Below, in pieces: positions 9,664 to 18,927 of a DNA stretch of 64,000 bases. Each line of letters begins with the position of its first letter. The stretch's first letter is position 1. This DNA is from Alphaproteobacteria bacterium (GTDB taxonomy: Bacteria; Pseudomonadota; Alphaproteobacteria; Rickettsiales; UBA998). The translations under genes were made by a program, and so were the position numbers. Below the pieces are notes generated by a model, which did not search any database, was not told the origin of the DNA, and saw nothing but the letters and a program-made list of their open reading frames with translations. Location of the stretch: positions 2,151 through 66,150 of the forward strand of contig RDZH01000016.1 of the NCBI GenBank assembly GCA_004293935.1, read 5' to 3'.

Positions 9664-10731
9664 TCACGCATCAAGCCCGACTAAATCCGCCACAGACCCC
9701 ACACCGAGGCGTTCCACTTCACGCACCAACGCCTCTTTTATTTCTTCTACCAAAGCAAAACCACGATAGACTAAGCCTGAATAAAGCTGAATCAACGTTG
9801 CACCCGCACGCATCCGCGCCACCGCATCCGCGCCATCCATGATTCCACCCACACCAATGATCGGCATCGCACCCCGCATATGACGAAACGCCACACGCAC
9901 TTTTTGTTCCGCCACATCCCGCAATGGCGCACCTGATAGCCCGCCCGTTTGCGTTGCATGGATATTCTTCAGTGATGACGGACGCGCAATGGTGGTATTG
10001 CTGATAATCACTGCATCCACCTGATAGAGCATCATCACATCTAACATCCGACATAATGCATCATCCTCCATATCGGGAGCGACTTTCACCCACACGGGAC
10101 GGCGCACTTTTTCAAAAGTAGCAAGCAGATTGCGCTCTTGCATGATTGCCTTAATAAAGGCTTCAAAATGTTGTTCTTGCTGCAAATCTCGTAGCCCCAG
10201 CGTATTGGGGGATGAAATATTGATGGTGATATAATCCGCCAACATATAGGCTTCACGCAACAAAAAAAGATAATCCTCAAGCGCATCTTCGCTATCTTTA
10301 TTTTTTCCGATATTGATGCCCAACATGCCTGTACGCCCCGAATCTTGCGCATAGATTCGCCCAAAAATGCGTTCATAGCCCTCATTATTAAACCCCAAAC
10401 GATTAATCACCGCACGATCTTCTTTCAACCGAAACATACGCGGCTTAGGGTTACCCGCTTGTGGCTTGGGCGTGACTGTTCCCACTTCAACACAGCCAAA
10501 CCCCTGATCATATATCACCTGAAACGCCTCTGCATTTTTATCAAATCCCGGCGCTAAACCAATAGGATTTTCAAAGCCCATCCCCGCACACACAACGCCC
10601 AAGCGATTATCATAGGTGGTGGTGCGCGACTTCGGCACTAGCCCACGCGACAACGCCCACAGCGCGCATTGATGCGCTGGTTCAGCCGGCAAAGCAAAAA
10701 GCACGTTACGCACAAAATGATAATAGTCCAT
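9664..10731 (-). CDS. pyrD: Dihydroorotate dehydrogenase (quinone), class 2
   Basis: GFDKN, GTVTPKPQ.GNPKPR.FRL, INRLGFNN, NISSPNT and SGLVY motifs are present. The probable start is MDYYHF at 10731. Confidence 0.93.
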   Translation of the reverse strand: MDYYHFVRNVLFALPAEPAHQCALWALSRGLVPKSRTTTYDNRLGVVCAGMGFENPIGLAPGFDKNAEAFQVIYDQGFGCVEVGTVTPKPQAGNPKPRMFRLKEDRAVINRLGFNNEGYERIFGRIYAQDSGRTGMLGINIGKNKDSEDALEDYLFLLREAYMLADYITINISSPNTLGLRDLQQEQHFEAFIKAIMQERNLLATFEKVRRPVWVKVAPDMEDDALCRMLDVMMLYQVDAVIISNTTIARPSSLKNIHATQTGGLSGAPLRDVAEQKVRVAFRHMRGAMPIIGVGGIMDGADAVARMRAGATLIQLYSGLVYRGFALVEEIKEALVREVERLGVGSVADLVGLDA

Positions 10732-10859
10732 TGATGCACTCACTATGTCAAGAAAACCAATCTTTATGCAACGGTTTTACTATTTACGCAAGTAAAAAAT
10801 CACGTGTTCGTGCATTTTTTTTCTTCCTGATTGACTTTACCCTCAGCACAACGCACAAT

Positions 10860-12455
10860 ATGATTATGATAGTTCCATCTTCATCCACTTGTTTTTTAAG
10901 TACATGCTCTATTATTCCCTTGGTGAGCCTATGCGCTTTTATGTTCAGCGTAGAAGCATCATCTGCTATGCCTACATTCTCCCATCAGCGAAAAGCGAAC
11001 GCGATGCAAACGCTGATTTATGCGAAAACAGATGATCACTCTTTGATCACGCATCACACGCATCATATCAAAATGCGCCCTGTGCGTCGTCGCATATCAC
11101 CTGAACCCACCCAATCCATTGTTGCTTCATTGCCACCACAGACACCACCTACTTCGGAACATGAGGTGGAGGTATCGCATCATGAGCAAGCTCCTGCACC
11201 CATCGTGTACCGCCAAGCATCTGAATCGCCTCCCCCTCAAAGTGAGGATACACCACCAATTTCTATGGCTTCATCTGATAATGTTGATGCACCACATACA
11301 GACGCTGCACCCGAAGCTCAGCTAGAGAATATAGCGGATGCTGCGGAAATCGTCAAAATTGTTACAGCCAAACCGACAACTGATGAGCCTAGTGCAACCG
11401 TTGCTCCTAAGACAACACCACAAAATGCAGATGATTCTATAACGTTAGCACTTAATGATCTTAACCCGTCACCCTCATCCGAGGAAATCATCGCCATTGC
11501 CTCCATTCAACCTTTGTCACATCAAACGACAAGTGAATTGGTTGCAGAACCCTTATCTTCGGATATTATCACCGCAACAAACGAACCTGAAGTGCGTTAT
11601 TTTTCTGGAACAAACGCGCCCACGGTTGCCACTCCTGCAACCGCACATGCTGAGACTGCAGCACCTCCAAAAGAAGATGTTGCTGTAGCTGAGAAAAGCA
11701 TATCGCTAGAAAGCCAAAACATCTTAAATCACCTGCCACGCGAGCTTTTTCCGCGCCGTCATGATGAAAACGGCAAAGTCACCATGGATCGCAGTGATCC
11801 CTCGCAAGTATTACCCACCCATAAGGATGCCCTAGATACTGATGTGGGCGCATCGATGCAAGTCCGCAGACAAGCATTTGATATTCATTATGAATTAGAA
11901 AAAGCCTATCATGCTTTGCTGCAAGGTCATACAGAGACAGCCATAAAAATATATCATGAAGTGCTTGGGCAAAATCCCAATGATCAACATGCACTTTTTG
12001 GCTTAGCAACCACCTATCATAAATTGGATCGTTTAGGCGAAGCACGTGAATATTATGGGCGTTTATTAACCATCAATCCCTATCACCGTGAAGCATTGAA
12101 CAACTTCCTTGGTCTTGTAGCACAAGAATCCCCCGATTCTGCCATCCTCTATCTTGAACAGCTCAAGCAACATAATGCTGATTTCAGCCCTATTTCCGCA
12201 CAACTCGCACAAATCTATAGCGCGCAAGGGAAGTTCTCTCAAGCCATTCAACATATGCAAGATGCCGTCTATCTTTCACCAGACAATTTAATTTATCAAT
12301 ATAATCTTGCTGTGATGTATGATATGCATGGGGAGGGCAATCGCGCCTCAGTTATCTATCAACGCTTGGTACGTGCAGGACTTGAAGGCAAAGAGATTCC
12401 TGCTTCTTTACAACAAATTCAGGAAAGATTAACTTTTTTATCGTCTAATGGGTGA
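10860..12455 (+). CDS. Secreted TPR-repeat protein with a ~300-aa Pro/Ser/Thr/Ala/Glu-rich disordered N-region
   Basis: The C-terminal ~200 aa form tandem TPR-like helices (AIKIYHEVLGQNPNDQHALFGLATTYHKLDRLGEAREYYGRLLTINPYH...). A hydrophobic N-terminus follows the Met at 10860. It lies 28 bp upstream of pilT. Confidence 0.6.
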   Translation: MIMIVPSSSTCFLSTCSIIPLVSLCAFMFSVEASSAMPTFSHQRKANAMQTLIYAKTDDHSLITHHTHHIKMRPVRRRISPEPTQSIVASLPPQTPPTSEHEVEVSHHEQAPAPIVYRQASESPPPQSEDTPPISMASSDNVDAPHTDAAPEAQLENIADAAEIVKIVTAKPTTDEPSATVAPKTTPQNADDSITLALNDLNPSPSSEEIIAIASIQPLSHQTTSELVAEPLSSDIITATNEPEVRYFSGTNAPTVATPATAHAETAAPPKEDVAVAEKSISLESQNILNHLPRELFPRRHDENGKVTMDRSDPSQVLPTHKDALDTDVGASMQVRRQAFDIHYELEKAYHALLQGHTETAIKIYHEVLGQNPNDQHALFGLATTYHKLDRLGEAREYYGRLLTINPYHREALNNFLGLVAQESPDSAILYLEQLKQHNADFSPISAQLAQIYSAQGKFSQAIQHMQDAVYLSPDNLIYQYNLAVMYDMHGEGNRASVIYQRLVRAGLEGKEIPASLQQIQERLTFLSSNG

Positions 12456-12483
12456 GCGCGAAACCATTCTTTAGGTGCTTCTT

Positions 12484-13593
12484 ATGGACATTACGGATCT
12501 CTTAGCCTATACCCAACATCAACAAGCATCTGACTTGCATATTTCCTCTGGAAATCAAGCACTTATTCGCCTAAAAGGCGATATGATTGCCATACGCACC
12601 ATGCCACCTTTAGAACCGCAAACCATCAAGGATATGCTGTATTCCGTGATGAATGATCAGCAACGTAGCAAATATGAAGCAGAATTGGAAATTGACTTTT
12701 CCATCGCCTTTGGTGCTGAAGCTCGCTTTCGTGTGAATGCGTTTAATACGATGCATGGTCCTGCTGCTGTCTTTCGTACCATCCCCACACGGGTACTCAC
12801 ACTCGATGACCTCAATGCGCCACCCATTTTTTATAAACTCACCGATTTACATAAAGGGCTTATTTTGGTGACAGGCGCAACAGGAAGTGGTAAATCCACC
12901 ACCCTTGCCGCGATGATTGATTATATCAACACCCATCAACGACGGCATATTATCACCATTGAAGACCCCATAGAATTTGTGCATCAATCCAAACAATCAT
13001 TGATTAATCAACGTGAAGTTGGTGCAAGCACACGTTCCTTTGCGCGTGCGCTCAAAAGCTCGTTGCGTGAAGACCCTGATATTATTTTAGTGGGGGAATT
13101 ACGCGACATTGAAACCATCCAACTAGCACTCACGGCTGCCGAAACAGGGCATTTGGTGATGGGAACATTGCACACCAATTCCGCACCAAAAACTATTGAT
13201 CGTATCATTGATATTTTCCCCACCACGGATAAAGAAATGGCACGTGCCATGCTTTCCGTCTCCCTTGAAGGAGTCATCGCGCAAACCCTAGTGCGCAAAG
13301 CTGATGGTTCTGGGCGCGTTGCTGCACATGAGATTATGCTTGGCACACCCGCCGTGCGCAACCTCATCCGTGAGAGTAAAATACCCCAACTCTATTCCAT
13401 CATTCAAACGGGATCAAAATTTGGGATGAAAACAATGAAAGACTCTCTCAATGATTTGGTTGCCAAACGTATCATTACCGAAGAAGAAATGCAAGGTGTC
13501 CTTGCCACCAGCAGCGATTTAGAAGATACTAGCAAAATATCCTCGACAAGCTCCACGAGTTCAAACACTAAATTTAACTCCAACAGCTTTTAA
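12484..13593 (+). CDS. pilT: Type IV pilus retraction ATPase PilT
   Basis: MDITDLL...ASDLHIS, Walker A GATGSGKST, ITIEDPIEF, GELRD and TGHLV.GTLHT are present. The PilT-signature AIRNLIRE-type motif (PAVRNLIRESKI) is also there. An unusual Ser/Thr-rich ~30-aa C-terminal tail is present. Confidence 0.9.
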   Translation: MDITDLLAYTQHQQASDLHISSGNQALIRLKGDMIAIRTMPPLEPQTIKDMLYSVMNDQQRSKYEAELEIDFSIAFGAEARFRVNAFNTMHGPAAVFRTIPTRVLTLDDLNAPPIFYKLTDLHKGLILVTGATGSGKSTTLAAMIDYINTHQRRHIITIEDPIEFVHQSKQSLINQREVGASTRSFARALKSSLREDPDIILVGELRDIETIQLALTAAETGHLVMGTLHTNSAPKTIDRIIDIFPTTDKEMARAMLSVSLEGVIAQTLVRKADGSGRVAAHEIMLGTPAVRNLIRESKIPQLYSIIQTGSKFGMKTMKDSLNDLVAKRIITEEEMQGVLATSSDLEDTSKISSTSSTSSNTKFNSNSF

Positions 13594-13605
13594 TTGGGGA
13601 TCACT

Positions 13606-14730
13606 ATGAACGCATTTGCACACATAATGCGCGTGTTCCATGATCATGCGGCATCGGATTTATTTTTGACGGTGGGCTTTCCTCCTGCCATGCGCGTGGA
13701 AGGATCATTGATGAAAATCACTGATAGCCCGCTGACAGATGAAGATATTGATGCAATCATCGCATCCTTACTCACTGAAAGTCAACAGGATGACTTTTCC
13801 GCGACGATGGAGCTTAATTTTGTGACTATTTGGGAGGGGATAGCGCGTTTGCGTGTGAATGTGTTTCGTCAAATGCATCATAATGCCCTTGCTATTCGGC
13901 GAGTAATCACCGACATACCAACCGTTGAACAACTGGGTTTGCCTAATATGGTCAGTCAACTGATCATGAAAAAACGTGGTTTAATCTTGGTCGTTGGACA
14001 AACAGGTTCGGGAAAATCAACAACACTTGCTGCAATGATTGGGCATCGCAATCAGCACGGCACGGGGCATATCATTACCATAGAAGACCCGATCGAGTTC
14101 GTCCATGTTCATAAAAACTGCATTATCTCGCAACGTGATGTTGGTATTGACACCTATTCCTACGGCATGGCGTTGAAAAATGCCCTACGGCAAACGCCTG
14201 ATGTCATTCTCATTGGGGAGATACGCGACCGTGAGACCATGGAACATGCGATTGCTTTTGCAGAAACAGGGCATTTATGCGTAAGTACGCTGCACTCGAA
14301 TAATGCCAACCAAGCCATTGAGCGTATTCTCAATTTTTTCCCCGTAGAAATACATAAACAAGTGCTAGCCAATCTCAGTTTTAATGTACGCGGGATTATC
14401 TCACAACGGCTTGTACCCAATATAAATGGCAAGCGCATTCCCGCGATAGAGATTTTATTAAATGAGGGCGTGATACGCGACTATATCCATTCAGGTGAAC
14501 TGCACCTACTCAAAGAGCATATGGAGAAAAACTCGGATATAGGGATGCAAACCTTTGACGTATGCCTCCTAGACTATTTCAAAAAAGGATGGATCACCGA
14601 AGATACTGCACTCACGGAGGCAGATAGCCCATCAAACATGCGTCTGCACATCAAACAACACACCTCGCAGAAAAAACTCTCTCATGGATTTGATCCGAAA
14701 GCGATTTTTGGAACAAATAATGATTTTTGA
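13606..14730 (+). CDS. pilU: PilT-family ATPase, PilU-type paralog
   Basis: Walker A GQTGSGKST, ITIEDPIEF, GEIRD and TGHLC.STLHS are present. It lacks the AIRNLIRE motif (GVIRDYIHSG instead). It lies directly downstream of pilT. Confidence 0.8.
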   Translation: MNAFAHIMRVFHDHAASDLFLTVGFPPAMRVEGSLMKITDSPLTDEDIDAIIASLLTESQQDDFSATMELNFVTIWEGIARLRVNVFRQMHHNALAIRRVITDIPTVEQLGLPNMVSQLIMKKRGLILVVGQTGSGKSTTLAAMIGHRNQHGTGHIITIEDPIEFVHVHKNCIISQRDVGIDTYSYGMALKNALRQTPDVILIGEIRDRETMEHAIAFAETGHLCVSTLHSNNANQAIERILNFFPVEIHKQVLANLSFNVRGIISQRLVPNINGKRIPAIEILLNEGVIRDYIHSGELHLLKEHMEKNSDIGMQTFDVCLLDYFKKGWITEDTALTEADSPSNMRLHIKQHTSQKKLSHGFDPKAIFGTNNDF

Positions 14731-14781
14731 GAATAAAACGCGCTCTATGTTATTCTTCATTAATCTTTCTCTTGCATAATA

Positions 14782-15603
14782 GTGAATGTTATGCACATAT
14801 CCGTATCATCCCAACATCGCGCACATCACGGCTTCTCACTGGTAGAACTAGCCGTGGTGTTGGTGATTATTTCACTGATTATAGGATCGGTTATCTCCTT
14901 GACTTCTCAGCATATGAAAGCAGATAAATATGATAGTAGCTCAAAAAAACTGATGGCTATTGATGCGGCATTGCGCCGTTATGTGGTAAGTGCAGGGGAG
15001 CTTCCTTGCCCCGCAGCGCGAACATTAACCGTGAATGATGCCAATTTTGGCAGAGAAAGTGACCAAGATTGCGCCAGTGCCACCGCACCACTCGGCACGG
15101 TGGATGTCGGCAACAGCACCATCCGCATCGGTAGCGTGCCTGTGCGTGAATTGAATCTTCCAGACGGCATGATGTTTGATGCATGGGATCGTCAAATCAC
15201 CTTTATGATGGTGAAATCTTTAGCTATGAATGATGCGCTTCGGACTGCAAGTGCAGTAACCGCTCCAATCGCGCATACGGGATCAGGATGGGGGGGCATA
15301 CGCGTGGTGAATGCACTGGGTCATGATGTTTTTGATCGCCGTGATCCTGCCATCGCACCTCGGCATTTTATCGCCTACGCGCTTATCTCGCATGGTGAAA
15401 ATAGAGGAGGCGCACGCACCAAGCAAGGCACACCCCATATTGGTTGCCCGACCATCTCCCGCGATGCCATGAATTGTGATGATAGCGACCATATGATTCG
15501 TGATGGCGATCTCGTCAACGATGTGTCTATCAGCAACAGCAGCTATTTTGATGATTTAGTGCTATGGCAACCTGTTTCACTCATTAATCCTAACATACAT
15601 TGA
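14782..15603 (+). CDS. Large pilin-like protein with a prepilin (class III) signal peptide, paralog 1
   Basis: The HHG|FSLVELAVVLVIISLIIG leader has Glu at +5. The ~250-aa globular part has conserved Cys pairs (LPCPA...C, GC...NCD). The start is GTG 14782 or ATG 14791. Confidence 0.75.
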   Translation: MNVMHISVSSQHRAHHGFSLVELAVVLVIISLIIGSVISLTSQHMKADKYDSSSKKLMAIDAALRRYVVSAGELPCPAARTLTVNDANFGRESDQDCASATAPLGTVDVGNSTIRIGSVPVRELNLPDGMMFDAWDRQITFMMVKSLAMNDALRTASAVTAPIAHTGSGWGGIRVVNALGHDVFDRRDPAIAPRHFIAYALISHGENRGGARTKQGTPHIGCPTISRDAMNCDDSDHMIRDGDLVNDVSISNSSYFDDLVLWQPVSLINPNIH

Positions 15604-15608
15604 CCATC

Positions 15609-16430
15609 ATGCGCACACCGAACCATCACGGATATAGCCTGATCGAACTTTCCGTCACCCTTGGGTTTCTTGCCTTGCTTGCAGGATCATGGTTGACCTT
15701 TGCTGCATCCAATAGCGATAAGAAAAATATCGAGCGAACGGAAAAAAAACTTGACGTGATTGAAGATGCTTTGCATCGTTTTGTGAGCATGTATGATCGC
15801 CTGCCTTGCCCTGCGGGACTTGCCGTCATCAACACTGATGCCTCCTTTGGTTTAGAAGATAATTGTGCTGCCATCACCCCCACCCTCGCTGGCATCACAC
15901 GCGTGCATGATGGTTCAACGCAAGAAGTCTGGATAGGAACGATTCCTACGCGTACCCTTGGTATCAAAGAAAGTTATATGATAGACGGATGGGGACGGCG
16001 CATGACCTACGCCATCCATAAACGTACGGGGACTATTTCCCTCGGCAACCCTATTCAAACATTCAGCACCTTCACGGCAACTAATGCAGCGCAACGGCTT
16101 CGGGTGGAAAATATCCACGGGCATCCGCTTCACAACCCCACCCAATTAACGGGCATACAGCCCGATCCTCATAGTACCGATCCCATTTTGTATGTACTCG
16201 TCAGTCATGGGCATGATCGACGTGGAAGCTATAACAAAACAGGCATCTTAATGAATAATTGTGGTAACGCCACCCTACACCGCGATATTGAAAATTGTGA
16301 TTATACCATCCCTGCTACACGTGATAGCCTCTTTTTATCATCCGCAATCATGGATAGCAGGATGGCATCGCAATATTATTATGATATACTACGTTGGAAA
16401 ATCAAAAGCCAATTTAGCGATACGCCGTGA
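15609..16430 (+). CDS. Large pilin-like protein with a prepilin signal peptide, paralog 2
   Basis: MRTPNHHG|YSLIELSVTLGFLALLAG has Tyr at +1 and Glu at +5. It shares KKL..I..AL.R.V....LPCPA, IG..P.R.LG, D.WGR, SHG..R.G and NCD blocks with the upstream gene. Its start is adjacent to or overlaps the upstream stop. Confidence 0.75.
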   Translation: MRTPNHHGYSLIELSVTLGFLALLAGSWLTFAASNSDKKNIERTEKKLDVIEDALHRFVSMYDRLPCPAGLAVINTDASFGLEDNCAAITPTLAGITRVHDGSTQEVWIGTIPTRTLGIKESYMIDGWGRRMTYAIHKRTGTISLGNPIQTFSTFTATNAAQRLRVENIHGHPLHNPTQLTGIQPDPHSTDPILYVLVSHGHDRRGSYNKTGILMNNCGNATLHRDIENCDYTIPATRDSLFLSSAIMDSRMASQYYYDILRWKIKSQFSDTP

Positions 16431-16437
16431 ATGCACC

Positions 16438-17232
16438 TTATGCGCCCGCATTCATCTCACCACGCCCTAAAACATCATGCATTGAATAGATGCCGCATGG
16501 TTGATGCATAACCCAAAGAGCAGCGCGTACTGCTCCACGTGCATAAATAGAACGATTCGATGCTTTATGGGTCAATTCGATACGCTCCCCATCTCCCGCA
16601 AATAATACCGTATGATCCCCGATCACATCCCCGCCACGCAACGCATGAAAGCCTATCATGCCACGCGCCCGCTCACCTACAACACCATCACGTCCAGCAC
16701 GCTGCGCCACATCGGCAAGTGCCACTTCCCTTCCCTCTGCAACCGCCTCGCCTAAGGCAAGTGCCGTGCCTGAAGGGGCATCTTTTTTATAACGATGATG
16801 CAGTTCGGTAATTTCACAATCAAAATCTTCTCCCAAGACGGCTGCAACTTGGCGTGATAAAAGCTGCAACATCGTCACACCAATAGAAAAATTAGCCGCT
16901 TTCACCATACGCACCGTGCTTGATAAGCTGCGCATCGATTGCTCTTGCGCCTCTGAAAAACCCGTTGTGCCACATACATAGGCTTTATGATGCTGCGCGC
17001 ATAGTGCCGCTAATTCCATGCTATATTCTGGATTGGTGAAATCAATCACCACATCACTTGAGCGCACCAAAGTCAATGCATCAGTGGTAAGCAACTGAGC
17101 ATAGGGATGCTGTGCGTCTATGGTGCGCGTGGATAAAGCGGTAAGTTTTGCGCGTGATTCGTGCGTCACTGCTTCCACCAACATCGCGCCCATACGCCCT
17201 GTACATCCTGCAATTCCAATGTGATGTATCAT
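16438..17232 (-). CDS. dapB: 4-hydroxy-tetrahydrodipicolinate reductase
   Basis: The IGIAGCTGRMG Rossmann N-terminus and ELHHR.K.DAPSGTA motif are present. Length is 264 aa. Confidence 0.92.
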   Translation of the reverse strand: MIHHIGIAGCTGRMGAMLVEAVTHESRAKLTALSTRTIDAQHPYAQLLTTDALTLVRSSDVVIDFTNPEYSMELAALCAQHHKAYVCGTTGFSEAQEQSMRSLSSTVRMVKAANFSIGVTMLQLLSRQVAAVLGEDFDCEITELHHRYKKDAPSGTALALGEAVAEGREVALADVAQRAGRDGVVGERARGMIGFHALRGGDVIGDHTVLFAGDGERIELTHKASNRSIYARGAVRAALWVMHQPCGIYSMHDVLGRGEMNAGA

Positions 17233-17241
17233 GATGATCCC

Positions 17242-17673
17242 TTATGCCCCATAGTATAATGCTTTGATCATGTTTCGATGCAGGATGCCTATCTTTTCAT
17301 ACATATCACTGCAACAATGATAACCCAATTTTTCATAGAACGGTATCGCGCTGCATCGAGCATCTAATCCTAATGCGTGCTGTCCCCGTTCCTTGGCAAT
17401 CGCTTCAAGGTAACGCACAAGTTGCGCCCCAATACCACGACCTTGAAAGCGTTCCAATACCGCCATCTGCCTTAATCGCTCACGGCACAAAGCTACTGTG
17501 CCTGCAACCTGACCATCCACATAAGCAATCACATGCACTGCATCCATATCAGCTTCACGTTCTTCATCGGTAATTTCTAACCCCAAGGGCTTACGCAACA
17601 CCTCATAACGCAGCTCTAAACATTCTTGATAAAGAGGATCATGAACGTCTCCATGTTTAATCACCAGCTCCAT
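17242..17673 (-). CDS. GNAT-family N-acetyltransferase
   Basis: The acetyl-CoA motif A is present (LERFQGRGIGAQLVRYLE). The 143-aa protein is translationally coupled to dnaJ. Confidence 0.75.
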   Translation of the reverse strand: MELVIKHGDVHDPLYQECLELRYEVLRKPLGLEITDEEREADMDAVHVIAYVDGQVAGTVALCRERLRQMAVLERFQGRGIGAQLVRYLEAIAKERGQHALGLDARCSAIPFYEKLGYHCCSDMYEKIGILHRNMIKALYYGA

Positions 17674-17674
17674 C

Positions 17675-18826
17675 TTAATCCTTCAAATCTTCCCAAAATT
17701 CACGCACCTTATCAAAGAAGCTATGCGATTCAGGGCTGGTGCTTGATTCAGAACATTTATCGAACTCTTGCAATAAGTCACGCTGTTTCTTTGAGAGTTT
17801 CACCGGTGTTTCAATGCGCGCATGTACGAACATATCACCCCGTGATTTAGAGCGCAAAATATTCATGCCCTTGCCACGCAAACGAAATTGATGTCCGTTT
17901 TGCGTACCCTCAGGTATGGTCACTTTCACGCGACTTCCCTCAATCGTCGGCACTTCTACCGTGCCTCCTAAGGTTGCGGTTGTGAAGGTTATTGGCACGG
18001 CACAATGCACATCTGCCCCTTCACGTCGAAAAAGCGGATGATTTTTCACCGATAAGAAGATATACAGATCCCCTGCTGCTCCCCCACGAAACCCTGCTTC
18101 GCCTTCGCCTGTTAAACGAATACGTGTGCCTTCCTCAACACCCGAAGGAATGGTAACCGACAAGGTACGATCTTTACGCACTGTCCCCGTTCCACCGCAT
18201 TTACGGCACGGCTTCTCAATGATGCGTCCCGTTCCTTGGCAGGTGTTGCAGGTGCGCTCTACGGTAAAGAATCCTTGCTGTGTACGGATCGTGCCACGCC
18301 CACCGCATGTCGGGCATGTTACTGCTTCAGCACCATTTTCACCGCCCGTTCCATGGCACGCATCGCACGAAACAGATGTGGTGATATTAATATCTTGCTT
18401 TTTGCCATGAAAGGCATCTTCAAGCGATATTTCAAGATTATAGCGTAGATCAGATCCACGTTGGCGCGCTGATTGCGCCCCCGCATTGCCCCCGCCACCG
18501 CTACGCCGTCCTGTGAATTCACTGAATAAATCTTCAAAAATATCTGAAAAATTGCCAGAAAAATCAAAGCCCGCTGCATTACCCGCGCCACCTCGCCCCC
18601 CCTCAAAAGCGGCATGACCAAAGCGATCATAGGCTGCTTTTTTATCGGGGTCTTTCAGCACGTCATAGGCTTCGCTGATTTCCTTAAATTTCTGCTCAGC
18701 TTCCTTATTATTCGGGTTACGATCAGGGTGATATTGCATCGCTAATTTGCGGTAGGATTTTTTCATTTCCTCCGCATCAGCAGAACGTGTGACACCCAAT
18801 AATTCATAATAATCTTTTTTACTCAT
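17675..18826 (-). CDS. dnaJ: Molecular chaperone DnaJ
   Basis: It has a J-domain (KDYYELLGV...HPDRNP), a G/F-rich linker and four CxxCxGxG zinc-finger repeats. Confidence 0.97.
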   Translation of the reverse strand: MSKKDYYELLGVTRSADAEEMKKSYRKLAMQYHPDRNPNNKEAEQKFKEISEAYDVLKDPDKKAAYDRFGHAAFEGGRGGAGNAAGFDFSGNFSDIFEDLFSEFTGRRSGGGGNAGAQSARQRGSDLRYNLEISLEDAFHGKKQDINITTSVSCDACHGTGGENGAEAVTCPTCGGRGTIRTQQGFFTVERTCNTCQGTGRIIEKPCRKCGGTGTVRKDRTLSVTIPSGVEEGTRIRLTGEGEAGFRGGAAGDLYIFLSVKNHPLFRREGADVHCAVPITFTTATLGGTVEVPTIEGSRVKVTIPEGTQNGHQFRLRGKGMNILRSKSRGDMFVHARIETPVKLSKKQRDLLQEFDKCSESSTSPESHSFFDKVREFWEDLKD

Positions 18827-18865
18827 AATACCCAAACAACATTTCAGGATTTCACCTCAACGCAT

Positions 18866-18911
18866 AAAGTCGCTTGACAAAAAAAGACTCTTTTTTATGT
18901 CAAACGACTTT
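18866..18911 (-). other. Long imperfect stem-loop in the dnaK-dnaJ intercistronic spacer
   Basis: aaagtcgcttgacaaaaaaa-gactc-ttttttatgtcaaacgacttt forms a ~20-bp stem with 2 mismatches. There is no trailing U-run, so it is a possible attenuator or processing site rather than a full terminator. Confidence 0.4.
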
Positions 18912-18927
18912 AGATCACAATCGATGA

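Noticed and set aside
10731-10859. An N-terminal extension of the TPR-protein ORF overlapping the pyrD start on the opposite strand.
   Set aside because: The extension is Phe/Cys-rich with no signal-peptide logic. The first plausible start with a hydrophobic leader is 10860.
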